From the NCBI GenBank assembly GCA_017513085.1, contig JAFWDK010000019.1, forward strand, positions 32,001-96,000: a stretch of 64,000 nt of DNA, in the 5' to 3' direction. This document shows, one piece after another, positions 10,570-19,404 of the stretch (its first letter is position 1; each line of letters starts with the position of its first letter). The notes under the pieces were generated by a model, which was given only the letters and a program-made list of their open reading frames with translations, was not told the origin of the DNA and did not search any database. Origin of the DNA: Clostridiales bacterium (GTDB lineage Bacteria; Bacillota; Clostridia; Saccharofermentanales; Saccharofermentanaceae). The translations under genes were made by a program, and so were the position numbers.

Positions 10570-10935
10570 TCATTCTGTCTTTCCATCAGACAGTTTACTT
10601 ATATATTCATCTATCATCTTCATTAGTTTTTCAGCAAACCCGGCATCGAGTATCGCTATGGCAATCCGCGAATCCCGTCCGATCGCTCTTCCTAATTCTT
10701 GATTACTTCCTATTACCCTGACCTTCGTCTCCTCCTCCGAAGCGATCCTGGTCAGTTTCTCCTTCTGCCGGTCAGAACCATCCTCAGCGAGGATCAACAG
10801 TTCCACTGCACCGGCATGGAGTGCCTGTTCCACCGCATCCGACCCGGAAGTCAGAAGAGATGCCCGATAAGCAAGTCCGATACTCGAAAGTATCCTTTCC
10901 TTGGTGACGACCTTACTCGTCTTTTCCTTTCTCAT
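10570..10935 (-). CDS. L7Ae/L30e family RNA-binding protein (YlxQ-like)
   Basis: [29 protein letters not shown]; between ylxR and infB. Confidence 0.88.
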   Translation of the reverse strand: MRKEKTSKVVTKERILSSIGLAYRASLLTSGSDAVEQALHAGAVELLILAEDGSDRQKEKLTRIASEEETKVRVIGSNQELGRAIGRDSRIAIAILDAGFAEKLMKMIDEYISKLSDGKTE

Positions 10936-11206
10936 CTTCTGCATCCACCTTTTCTTCAGTATCCAGAAGCTTCTCGGCGGCTCCCCGGTTGATCTTATCC
11001 TTAAGACCATATTCGAACCGATGCTGTTTGACCGCTTTCTCCAGACACTCCGGATTCTTACAAACATATGCGCCCCGGCCCGGCATCTTTCCGGTCGGAT
11101 CGACCGTCACTTCTCCGTCTTCCGTAGCAACGATACGGATCAGCTCTTTCTTCGGCAGACGTTCTCTACAGGTGATGCACATTCTCATTGGTATTTTCTT
11201 TGCCAT
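10913..11206 (-). CDS. ylxR: YlxR/RnpM family RNA-binding protein
   Basis: [31 protein letters not shown]. Confidence 0.93.
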   Translation of the reverse strand: MAKKIPMRMCITCRERLPKKELIRIVATEDGEVTVDPTGKMPGRGAYVCKNPECLEKAVKQHRFEYGLKDKINRGAAEKLLDTEEKVDAEDEKGKDE

Positions 11207-11246
11207 ATCTGAATGCCTTCTTTCTCAACCCGCGATCACGCTTATC

Positions 11247-12383
11247 TCAGGCCTTATCTTCCGAAGACTCATCGTCTACGACAGTAAAGTTCTCAACCAG
11301 ATCGTTCTGCACCATCTGCTGGAATTGGCTGGAGCTCTTGATATCGATCTTCCAACCCGTCAGTCTTGCCGCCAGACGTACATTCTGTCCGGCACGGCCG
11401 ATTGCCAGAGAATACTGCTGGTCCGGAACGATAACCTGAGCGTTCATCTCTTTAGTACCATCTTCATTTGTGATGATCTCAGTATCCACACGCTCAACCT
11501 TTGCCGGAGAAAGCGCGTTGCTGATGAATACAGCCGGATCATCGCTATACTGGATCACATCGATCTTCTCCTGGCCAAGCTCATCCATGATCGCCTGGAT
11601 ACGTGCGCCACGCTGACCTACACAAGCGCCGAGCGGGTCGACATCCGGATCACGGGAAACTACTGCAACCTTGGAACGGGAACCTGCCTCACGGGCAACA
11701 TTCACGATCTCTACGATACCGTCATGGATCTCCGGAACCTCCTGTTCCAGAAGCTTTCTGACCAGATTCGGATGGCTTCGGGAAACAATGATCATCGGAC
11801 GCTCTTTTTCGATCTGAACACGAAGGATCAGGAACTTCATTCTCTTATTGAAAGAATAGTCCTCATCTTTAACCTGTTCCTGACGAGGAAGAGTCGCTTC
11901 CGCACGGCCGATATCAACAAAAACGAAACGATTGTCACTTCTTTGGATCACACCGGTAGCGAGCTCACCCTGTCTATCGGAGAACTCCGACTCGATACGG
12001 CTGTTCTCGGTATCACGAAGCTTCTTGCTGATTGCATCCTTAGCCACCTTGGCAGCCAAACGTCCCAGAGATTCAACATCCATATTCATCTCGATCGTAT
12101 CGCCCTCTTCCAGATCCGGGTCGATCTCTTTCGCCTCTTCCAGCGAGATCTGTGTATTCGGGTTGGTTACCTCGGCAACAACTTCCACTTCTTCATATAC
12201 GGAGATCTCACCGGTCTCACGGTCGATTTCCGCAAAAACCTGCTCATTCTCCTTTGCATCTGCGAATTCTCTCTTAAAAGCAGCAACAAGTGCCTCTTCT
12301 ACCGCCTCAAAAAGCACTTCCTCTTCGAGTCCTCTTTCCTTCGCTACAGCCTGAAGCGCCAGCAACAATTCTTCGTTTTTCAT
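11247..12383 (-). CDS. nusA: Transcription elongation/termination factor NusA
   Basis: [55 protein letters not shown]. Confidence 0.98.
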   Translation of the reverse strand: MKNEELLLALQAVAKERGLEEEVLFEAVEEALVAAFKREFADAKENEQVFAEIDRETGEISVYEEVEVVAEVTNPNTQISLEEAKEIDPDLEEGDTIEMNMDVESLGRLAAKVAKDAISKKLRDTENSRIESEFSDRQGELATGVIQRSDNRFVFVDIGRAEATLPRQEQVKDEDYSFNKRMKFLILRVQIEKERPMIIVSRSHPNLVRKLLEQEVPEIHDGIVEIVNVAREAGSRSKVAVVSRDPDVDPLGACVGQRGARIQAIMDELGQEKIDVIQYSDDPAVFISNALSPAKVERVDTEIITNEDGTKEMNAQVIVPDQQYSLAIGRAGQNVRLAARLTGWKIDIKSSSQFQQMVQNDLVENFTVVDDESSEDKA

Positions 12384-12420
12384 ACAAACTCTCCTTATCT
12401 TTATCGTTTTGGTTTACTGA

Positions 12421-12882
12421 TCAAAAATGTATCGTTCGTTGTGCCTTGGATATCTTCTCCCATGTGATCTCGATCTTCTCCTGACCGACCGTTAGGATCA
12501 GTTTCTCCTCATCTGCACTATCGATGATCCCTTCAAGATGTTTTACGCCGTTTATCGGTGCGAACAGAGATACTTCGATTTCTTCCCCCTGGTGTCGGAG
12601 ATAGTCCGCAAGACATGTAAAAGGTCTTGTCGCTCCCGGTGAGGAAACCTCAAAGTAATCCGGATCCGCATGGAGTTTTCCGTCCAGTGCTTCATCCAAA
12701 GCCCGGCTCACCGTCTCGCAATCTTCGATCCCGATGCCGCCTCGCTTATCGATGAACATCCGGAGAAAGTAATATTGGCCCTCTTTCTTGTACTCGCAAT
12801 CCACAAGATCAAAACCCAGTTTTTTTACAATAGGTTCTGCGATCTCAAACGCTTCTTGCGCCACTTTCGATCTTGCCGCCAT
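12421..12882 (-). CDS. rimP: Ribosome maturation factor RimP
   Basis: LRMFIDKRGGIGIEDCETVSR, EVSSPGATRP; GGAGG RBS before ATG 12882. Confidence 0.95.
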   Translation of the reverse strand: MAARSKVAQEAFEIAEPIVKKLGFDLVDCEYKKEGQYYFLRMFIDKRGGIGIEDCETVSRALDEALDGKLHADPDYFEVSSPGATRPFTCLADYLRHQGEEIEVSLFAPINGVKHLEGIIDSADEEKLILTVGQEKIEITWEKISKAQRTIHF

Positions 12883-12905
12883 ATACCCTCCGCATTTCCG
12901 ATAAA

Positions 12906-12931
12906 CAAAAGAGTGGGCCACGACCCACTCT
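12906..12931 (-). promoter_or_regulatory. rimP-nusA leader hairpin / weak terminator (candidate NusA-dependent attenuator)
   Basis: Perfect 8-bp stem AGAGTGGG...CCCACTCT followed by TTTGTTT on the minus strand, lying between the promoter and the rimP RBS. Confidence 0.7.
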
Positions 12932-12958
12932 ACTTAAAAAACCTCTAGTAACACAGAT

Positions 12959-12987
12959 ATACTATCACTTATTATTTCAACTGGCAA
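12959..12987 (-). promoter_or_regulatory. SigA-type promoter of the rimP-nusA-infB operon
   Basis: TTGCCA-17 nt-TAGTAT with extended TG on the minus strand. Confidence 0.6.
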
Positions 12988-13211
12988 GTTTTTTTCGTAA
13001 ACCGATTCAAAAGAACTGCAATTTCTAGCTTTTTCCTGTTTCCGACGCCGCAAACCTTGTCAAATCAGTCTTCCCGGCACTTTGTTTTATTTACACAATT
13101 TTAACTAACTTTTTCTTCAAAATGCTATTCAAATTATCCAAGTTATCATGTAGAATAGAATTAATCCAAATTAATCCGTTGGATAATCAACAAAACAAGG
13201 AGATGATGCCA

Positions 13212-13616
13212 ATGATAAAGGTAATTGCAGGAGAAAAGGGAACAGGAAAGACAGCTCAGCTCGTAGAGGACATTAACGAGCAGGCTACCACGGACAACAA
13301 TATCGTATGCATCCAGCGTGGACACCGCCTCGACCGTCTTTTGAAATACAGAGTCCGTCTTGTGGACCTTGATGAGTATCCGGTTGAAGGTTTTGAACAA
13401 TTCTTAAGTTTTGTAGCCGGCATATGTGCCAAAGACTACGACGTTACACACATCTATGTGGACAGCATTTTGAAAATTACAGGCGAGACTGATTTTGAGA
13501 GATTCGGAGCTTTCCTTGATAAACTCAATTCTTTCCTCGGAGAAAAGATCACAGCGACAATTATCTGCAGCCGCGCGGCTGATGTTCTCCCTGAGAGCGT
13601 TACCAAGTACTGCTGA
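13212..13616 (+). CDS. Small conserved clostridial P-loop protein, function unknown
   Basis: N-terminal Walker A-like GEKGTGKT; YDVTHIYVDSILKI; AAGGAG RBS. Confidence 0.8.
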   Translation: MIKVIAGEKGTGKTAQLVEDINEQATTDNNIVCIQRGHRLDRLLKYRVRLVDLDEYPVEGFEQFLSFVAGICAKDYDVTHIYVDSILKITGETDFERFGAFLDKLNSFLGEKITATIICSRAADVLPESVTKYC

Positions 13617-13656
13617 GAAATATAAACAGCGCATCCAAAACTTAATAGATAAAGCA

Positions 13657-13688
13657 AAGAGGTTGTCTCACACGAGGCAACCTCTTCT
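13657..13688. terminator. Bidirectional intrinsic terminator between convergent genes
   Basis: AGAGGTTGTCTC-acac-GAGGCAACCTCT stem. Confidence 0.65.
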
Positions 13689-13707
13689 CATCTGATTCGT
13701 TTTGGGG

Positions 13708-14193
13708 TTACAGAGAAAACTCAACAGCAACCCGATATGTTTTTCTCTCTGTGACTTCAACATCTTCATAGGTAAACAAGTTCACAGCCTGCGCAAACCG
13801 ATAATGACCGGAAGGTAATTTCCCGTACATCTCCGTAGTATCGAAAGTATGGACATCCTCACCGTTTTGCCACAAGCTCTTCCCACTCCCCATAAATGTC
13901 AGTTGCGGCGGTACAGTATACCATTCACCCTTATACTCGTATTCGATCGAGAATTGTTCACTATACGCACACTCCTTATCCGAGAGGTTCTTCAACCTTA
14001 CTTCCAGAGTCTGTCCCTCTTGCGATACCAGTTGATACTCCAGTGAGATGTCTTCCGCAGGAACGATCCATAACCTGGACTTTTCAGGATACGGATTCCC
14101 TTTGTTCCGGCAACCAGCGAAAGAAAAACTCACCGCCAAAATCAAAAAGTTTACAAATACTCTCACATTTGATATTCGGTTTGAAGTATTCAT
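13708..14193 (-). CDS. Putative lipoprotein with an Ig-like beta-sandwich domain
   Basis: Hydrophobic signal with lipobox FAGC; LKNLS..YSEQFSIE..GEWYTV..YGKLPSGHYRF pattern typical of small bacterial Ig-like lipoproteins. Confidence 0.7.
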   Translation of the reverse strand: MNTSNRISNVRVFVNFLILAVSFSFAGCRNKGNPYPEKSRLWIVPAEDISLEYQLVSQEGQTLEVRLKNLSDKECAYSEQFSIEYEYKGEWYTVPPQLTFMGSGKSLWQNGEDVHTFDTTEMYGKLPSGHYRFAQAVNLFTYEDVEVTERKTYRVAVEFSL

Positions 14194-14212
14194 CAGTATC
14201 ACCATTCTTTCA

Positions 14213-15544
14213 TTACTCACAGACTTCATATTTTTCATAGAGCGTCAGTAGCGTCTGATAAAAAAGATCTTCTGCTGTTTCTAGTTCAGAAACACAAACA
14301 CCGCTAAAAGCGAAACTCTTATTTCCTGCATCTTTAGGAATCGGAATCCCCTGACAGGTTCCGATAATAAACAACGCCAAGAAAGATGTGATCATGAATT
14401 TCGAACATCTGCCAAAGTCTAGTTCTCTCCACAGAAAGTCCATCGGCGGCTCTAGTAGATTAGAGTATTTCTCATCATCTCTGTAATAAACATATTCATC
14501 AATAAGTCCTGCAACATCGAATTCATAGTTTTGGGAGAAATTCTTCATGGTCGGAGTAATAATTTTAGGCACTAAAAACCGTCGTGTAAAATCACTGACA
14601 TGTCTCCCGCCATACTCGAGCAATCCGGGAAAATACTGTGAAAAAGAATACTGATAACTTTCAGATCCTAGTCCATAATTTACGTAATCCATTTTAAACA
14701 TATCAAGATACTTATCCCACCAACGCTCTCCTGAAACCTTCATCTTATCAACTTCACTTATTTCGAGAATCCTGTTTCTTGTACTGTTCGTCTGCTCACA
14801 GAATTCATTATATATATCCCTGTGATGAACTCTGGCAGGATTTGTGATAAAGGCAACCTGGCATAAAGCGATATACTCTTTTTCTTCCGCATATTTTCGA
14901 CAAAAAGAAAGCGCCTCCTGTTCTGTTCGCTCTTTCAACTGGTCTGTTTCTCTCGATTGATAATCAAAACGAGAATACCCAAGTTCCTGTTTTGAATCCT
15001 TGATCTCCTCTTTAAATACTTTTTTCCCCTTAACTGGTTTTTCACCCTTTTTTACCCTTTCGAGATACTCCATCGTTAGTTTCTTCGCCGATCCTCCGAT
15101 GTTATTTTTCGTGTTCTTCAATGCATATAAGAAAATGCCAGCAAGAAAACTTGAAAGATCAACCTCATCCGATAAGTCAGCCTTACATATCCCATTCACC
15201 ACATCAACAACCGTCTCATCAGCGATTTCTTGCGTTTCCTGTATCATCAGAATCAGCGTATCCCTAACATTATTTCTTTCATTCTCTTTAATCAACACAA
15301 CAACCTGATTACGAAAATACTCTGCGATAGTTTTATAATCGTCCACAGAAAGGTTTCCTAAGGCATCCATTAAATACCCCGAAGGATTCTTCGAACCTCT
15401 GGCAATATTGGATGCTGCTTCATTACTAACCTCTTCGCAACCCTTATCTATGCTTCGAAAAATAGTCTCAACAATCTTCGCCTGTTTCGTTCCTTCATTC
15501 TTACATTCAACAACTGCACTGATGATGCAACCTATGCAAAACAT
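14213..15544 (-). CDS. Hypothetical 443-aa protein (helical N-terminal domain, unknown C-terminal domain; possible regulator)
   Basis: Long AT-rich ORF; GGAGGA RBS before ATG 15544 (MFCIGCII...); no recognised catalytic motif. Confidence 0.75.
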   Translation of the reverse strand: MFCIGCIISAVVECKNEGTKQAKIVETIFRSIDKGCEEVSNEAASNIARGSKNPSGYLMDALGNLSVDDYKTIAEYFRNQVVVLIKENERNNVRDTLILMIQETQEIADETVVDVVNGICKADLSDEVDLSSFLAGIFLYALKNTKNNIGGSAKKLTMEYLERVKKGEKPVKGKKVFKEEIKDSKQELGYSRFDYQSRETDQLKERTEQEALSFCRKYAEEKEYIALCQVAFITNPARVHHRDIYNEFCEQTNSTRNRILEISEVDKMKVSGERWWDKYLDMFKMDYVNYGLGSESYQYSFSQYFPGLLEYGGRHVSDFTRRFLVPKIITPTMKNFSQNYEFDVAGLIDEYVYYRDDEKYSNLLEPPMDFLWRELDFGRCSKFMITSFLALFIIGTCQGIPIPKDAGNKSFAFSGVCVSELETAEDLFYQTLLTLYEKYEVCE

Positions 15545-15558
15545 ACTTCCTCCGTTTC

Positions 15559-15588
15559 GGGCAACTTCTGGGCAACTTCTGGGCAACT
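15559..15588. repeat. 11-bp tandem direct repeat GGGCAACTTCT x2.7
   Basis: GGGCAACTTCT-GGGCAACTTCT-GGGCAACT read directly in the divergent intergenic region. Confidence 0.95.
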
Positions 15589-15750
15589 CGCAGCCATGCC
15601 CATAATACCACAACTCCGCTATAGTAGGTAGTGTCAGAGAAACAACGACTGATCATCGATGTCCCGATTTCTCAGGCATTAACAGAAATCTGTGATTCCG
15701 CTATCGGGAAGTGGCATCACCTTCAAATCCAAAATGAAGGAGGAATCACA

Positions 15751-16485
15751 ATGATTCAAAATAATTTCAATGAACCCATCCGCAGTGGGTGCGCAGACAT
15801 GTGGAATGCCGTTATGGTTCGCGGTGCCGAATTTGTCTTAGGATCAGATATTCCTATCTGTCCCTGCACCGCTAAAGGCATACCCAAGAAACTGATATCT
15901 TATGTAGAAGCCAAACATATTCATAAGATAAACCTCAAGTCTAATCCTGATTATCACATTGATGCCTATGTGCATTTTTATGTTGATGATCAGAAGTTTG
16001 ACGGTCCCAGAAGCAGTATATGGCTTTATCCCTATGAAGCGTTGGAAGTTTTTCGCCATTTTGCCGGTGTGATCACTGTAGACTTTTCAACCAATGCGGA
16101 CTTTCCTGATCCGATCAAGCGGTATAACACATATCGCATGAGGGCTTTGGGTTTCTGGCTTGGATCACAGGGAATCTCTGTCATCAATAATGTCCGTTGG
16201 GGCACCGAAGAAACTTGGGATTACTGTTTCGATGGCATTCCTTATAACAGCATTATTGCTATCGGAACCGTAGCAAGTGGAATTAGAAAATTAGAGAATC
16301 GATCCGACTTTGAAAGAGGACTTTTCAAAATGGTCGAAGTGCTTAATCCTCATACTATCATCATTTATGGTTCGGCTAATTATGTTTGCTTCAAAACGCT
16401 TATTAATATGGGGATTCGGATTATTTCTTTTCCCAGTGATACAAGTCTCTCTTTCGTATCCAAGAAAGGAGGTCCCAATGTCTAA
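15751..16485 (+). CDS. DUF4417 family protein
   Basis: HFYVDDQKF, DFS, YNTYRMRALG.W...GI.VINNVRWG, YCFDGIP, IAIGT, L.P..IIIYG pattern; GAAGGAGG RBS before ATG 15751. Confidence 0.85.
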   Translation: MIQNNFNEPIRSGCADMWNAVMVRGAEFVLGSDIPICPCTAKGIPKKLISYVEAKHIHKINLKSNPDYHIDAYVHFYVDDQKFDGPRSSIWLYPYEALEVFRHFAGVITVDFSTNADFPDPIKRYNTYRMRALGFWLGSQGISVINNVRWGTEETWDYCFDGIPYNSIIAIGTVASGIRKLENRSDFERGLFKMVEVLNPHTIIIYGSANYVCFKTLINMGIRIISFPSDTSLSFVSKKGGPNV

Positions 16486-17029
16486 ACCATGTAGCGGTCA
16501 TTTCAGCGGAACGACTGGTAGCAGAAACGCTTCAAAAAATCTTTCGCGTAATACCGACAGTAATGATATAATCTCTCCGAAGGGTCTTGATTTAAGAGAG
16601 CACCCTACGAAGTACAAGCAAATGAGTTCCAAAAAACTCAAAGCTCTCCGTGAAAAGGAAGCTAATCGCACCCTGACAAAAGAGGAATACAAACATAAAG
16701 AGTGGCAGCGTCGCTTAACAGCTCGTCGTAAAGAGGCCATTACACAGTTTTGGAAAAAAGAGCGTAGACTCATCAAGCTTAATCTTCCAACCACCCGCAA
16801 CTGGAGTGCAGCTCAACGACAGGAAATACTGTCTGGTAAGCAGCCAAAATATAAAGGCAAAACAATGGCTAGTCACAACATGTATAGCGTCGCAAAGTAC
16901 CCTCACCTGGCAAATCGCAAGGAACTGATATATCCCGTCACATTCTATGAACACGTATATGGATGGCATGGCGGTAATACCAAAAACAGTTTGCCGGGTA
17001 TTCCAATCAAAATGGTCAAAGAATTCTAG
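16478..17029 (+). CDS. Small Tox-GHH-like (HNH/EndoVII fold) nuclease toxin-like protein with a Gly/Ser-rich N-terminus
   Basis: AITQFWKKE...TTRNWSAAQRQEILSG...SHNMYSVAKYPHLA...EHVYGWHGGN resembles the Tox-GHH/teneurin C-terminal pattern; AAGGAGG RBS; 8-nt overlap with the DUF4417 stop. Confidence 0.75.
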   Translation: MSKPCSGHFSGTTGSRNASKNLSRNTDSNDIISPKGLDLREHPTKYKQMSSKKLKALREKEANRTLTKEEYKHKEWQRRLTARRKEAITQFWKKERRLIKLNLPTTRNWSAAQRQEILSGKQPKYKGKTMASHNMYSVAKYPHLANRKELIYPVTFYEHVYGWHGGNTKNSLPGIPIKMVKEF

Positions 17030-17040
17030 GAGGAAACAAG

Positions 17041-17400
17041 ATGAATAATTATCCCGAAGACAGAATCGGATTAGTCATCAAATCTGCCGATTCAATCGCA
17101 AAATGTATATCAATCATCCGCAAATACAACCCGATTTCTATATCAGAGATTAAAACTGCTATAGAAAGCAAAGCCTTTGTTTTTGATTGTGATTATACCA
17201 ACGACTCAGCTGTTCGGAAAATACGTCGTTGCTACGATGAGCTTGTAAAAACCGGAGCCACTGTAGAAATATACGAAGACGGAGATCTGACAACCCGAGA
17301 ATTCATCTCCAATCTGTTGAATACCTATCGAGAAATAGATCAGGAAATCCAGAATCAGATCGATGCAGAAGTTGCTACCGAAGGTGGCGATGAAGAATAG
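17041..17400 (+). CDS. Putative immunity/antitoxin protein
   Basis: 119 aa with an acidic C-terminus, 11 nt downstream of the basic nuclease-like gene, AGGAGG RBS overlapping its stop. Confidence 0.6.
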   Translation: MNNYPEDRIGLVIKSADSIAKCISIIRKYNPISISEIKTAIESKAFVFDCDYTNDSAVRKIRRCYDELVKTGATVEIYEDGDLTTREFISNLLNTYREIDQEIQNQIDAEVATEGGDEE

Positions 17401-17427
17401 CTTTCTCTGTCACATCAACCCTCTAAT

Positions 17428-17464
17428 AAAACCTCTCCGTTTCCTCAGAAGCGGAGAGGTTTTT
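17428..17464. terminator. Bidirectional intrinsic terminator
   Basis: AAAACCTCTCCGTTTC-ctca-GAAGCGGAGAGGTTTT between the toxin operon and convergent thrS. Confidence 0.85.
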
Positions 17465-17591
17465 GATTTGTCATAATAAAAATATTTCGGCTTATCAGTC
17501 CTTATACTCAGATAGAAACGTCCGACAAAAGGGCCTCTTCATTGTGAACTGACAGCTACTTCTCGATTCTTTAGCCGTCTCTTCAGTCAGA

Positions 17592-19355
17592 TCAACCCTT
17601 CGACACAAGATCCACAAACGAAGCGATCTCAAATTCGCCCAGATCCTGCTTTTCTTCTTCCGCATCGCGGCTTCGGACCGACATGGAGTGATTCTTCATC
17701 TCCTTCTCCCCAACCACGATAATGTACGGCACCTTTTCCATTCTCGCCGCGCGGATCTTATAGCCCAGTTTCTCGTCGGATTCATCCAGCTCCACACGTA
17801 CATCCTGTTCACTCAGTTCCGCGGCCAAAGCACTTGCATATTCCAGATACTTGTCCGATACCGGTAAGATCTTCGCCTGTACCGGCGACAGCCACACCGG
17901 AAATTTTCCGGCATAGTGCTCGATCAGGATACCAAGGAAACGGTCAATACTTCCGAATACCACACGATGCAGCATGATCGGCCGGTGCTTCTCACCATCT
18001 TGTCCGAAGTAATCGAGGTCAAATCTCTGTGGCAGCTGGAAATCCAGCTGGATCGTGCCGCACTGCCACATTCTTCCGATGGAATCCTTGATATGGAAGT
18101 CCAGCTTCGGTCCGTAAAAAGCACCGTCGCCTTCGTTGATCGCATAGGGTTTTCCGACACCTTCCACCGCAGATTTAAGTGAGTTGATCGCCAGTTCCCA
18201 CTCTTCATCACTGCCGATGGAATTCTCCGGTCTCGTGGACAATTCGATCTCATACTTGAAGCCGAATCTCTCGTAGAACTCATCGATCAACCGCATGACA
18301 CCCTGGATCTCCGATTCCACCTGATCTTCGCGCATGAAGATATGGGCATCATCCTGCGTGAAACATCTTGCCCGCATCAGACCATGGAGCGTACCGGATT
18401 TCTCCGCACGGTGCACGATCCCCAGTTCTCCGACACGCATCGGAAATTCCCTGTAGGAATGCGGCTTGGATTTATACACCAGCATACCGCCCGGACAGTT
18501 CATCGGCTTGATTGCATAATCCGTATCATCCACACTCGTCGTATACATATTCTCTCTGTAGTGATCCCAGTGACCGGACTTTTCCCACAGCGTTCTCATC
18601 AGCATGATCGGCGTACTGATCTCCTGATAGCCTTCTCTTCTATGGATCTTTCTCCAGTAGTCGATCAGAATGTTTTTCATCATGAGTCCCTTCGGAAAAT
18701 AAAACGGCAGTCCCGGTCCCTCATCCATCAGCGCGAAAAGCTCCAGTTCTTTTCCCAGCTTTCTGTGATCTCTGGCACGTGCCTCTTCAAGCTGATGCAG
18801 GTACTCTTCCAGCATAGATGCCTTTGGAAAAGAGATTCCGTAGATCCTCGTGAGCATCGGGTTATGCTCATCACCACGCCAGTATGCGCCGGCTACCGAT
18901 AGAAGCTTGATTGCTTTAATGTGGCTGATGTTCACGATATGCGGTCCGGCGCAGAACTCCGCATAGTCGCCCTGCTTGTAGAACGTAATGTGTGCATCGT
19001 CCGGCATCTCCCGGATCAGCTCCATCTTGAACGACTCGTTTCTCTCCTCCATATAGGCGTACGCTTCGTCTTTACTTACCTCGTACACCTGAAGAGAAAG
19101 TGACTCTTTCACGATTTCCTTCATCTTCTCTTCCACCGCCCGAAGATGCTCATCGGAAAAAGCAAAACCGAAATCGAAGTCATAGTAGAACCCGTTCTCG
19201 ATCGCCGGACCGATCGCGCATTTCGCATCCGGATACAGACGTTTCACCGCCTGCGCCAGAACATGTGCGCTCGTGTGCCAGAAAGCCTTCTTTCCTTCTT
19301 TGCTTTCAAATGCTGCTTCCAAAACCTGTTGATCATTTCTTAAAATCTTCATCAT
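17592..19355 (-). CDS. thrS: Threonine--tRNA ligase lacking the N-terminal TGS domain
   Basis: HTSAH, CAGPH, RDHRKLG, KPMNCPG, FTQDDAHIF, GAFYGPKLDF, WQCGTIQLDF; GGAGG RBS before ATG 19355. Confidence 0.97.
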   Translation of the reverse strand: MMKILRNDQQVLEAAFESKEGKKAFWHTSAHVLAQAVKRLYPDAKCAIGPAIENGFYYDFDFGFAFSDEHLRAVEEKMKEIVKESLSLQVYEVSKDEAYAYMEERNESFKMELIREMPDDAHITFYKQGDYAEFCAGPHIVNISHIKAIKLLSVAGAYWRGDEHNPMLTRIYGISFPKASMLEEYLHQLEEARARDHRKLGKELELFALMDEGPGLPFYFPKGLMMKNILIDYWRKIHRREGYQEISTPIMLMRTLWEKSGHWDHYRENMYTTSVDDTDYAIKPMNCPGGMLVYKSKPHSYREFPMRVGELGIVHRAEKSGTLHGLMRARCFTQDDAHIFMREDQVESEIQGVMRLIDEFYERFGFKYEIELSTRPENSIGSDEEWELAINSLKSAVEGVGKPYAINEGDGAFYGPKLDFHIKDSIGRMWQCGTIQLDFQLPQRFDLDYFGQDGEKHRPIMLHRVVFGSIDRFLGILIEHYAGKFPVWLSPVQAKILPVSDKYLEYASALAAELSEQDVRVELDESDEKLGYKIRAARMEKVPYIIVVGEKEMKNHSMSVRSRDAEEEKQDLGEFEIASFVDLVSKG

Positions 19356-19404
19356 GTGTTGCCTCCTTTTGCAATAAATCAATAGGTGTATATTCGCAAC
19401 AACA

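Noticed and set aside
9134-12467. Long plus-strand ORFs (452, 241, 492 aa) opposite infB/nusA
   Set aside because: Antisense mirrors of low-complexity, codon-biased essential genes; composition is not protein-like.
16310-16477. Hydrophobic N-terminal extension of the toxin ORF in the ORF track (apparent TM/signal)
   Set aside because: Lies out of frame within DUF4417; the strong AAGGAGG RBS marks ATG 16478 as the start.
13688-17591. Prophage/ICE/transposon call for the AT-richer islet
   Set aside because: No integrase, transposase, structural genes or convincing att/target-site repeats seen.
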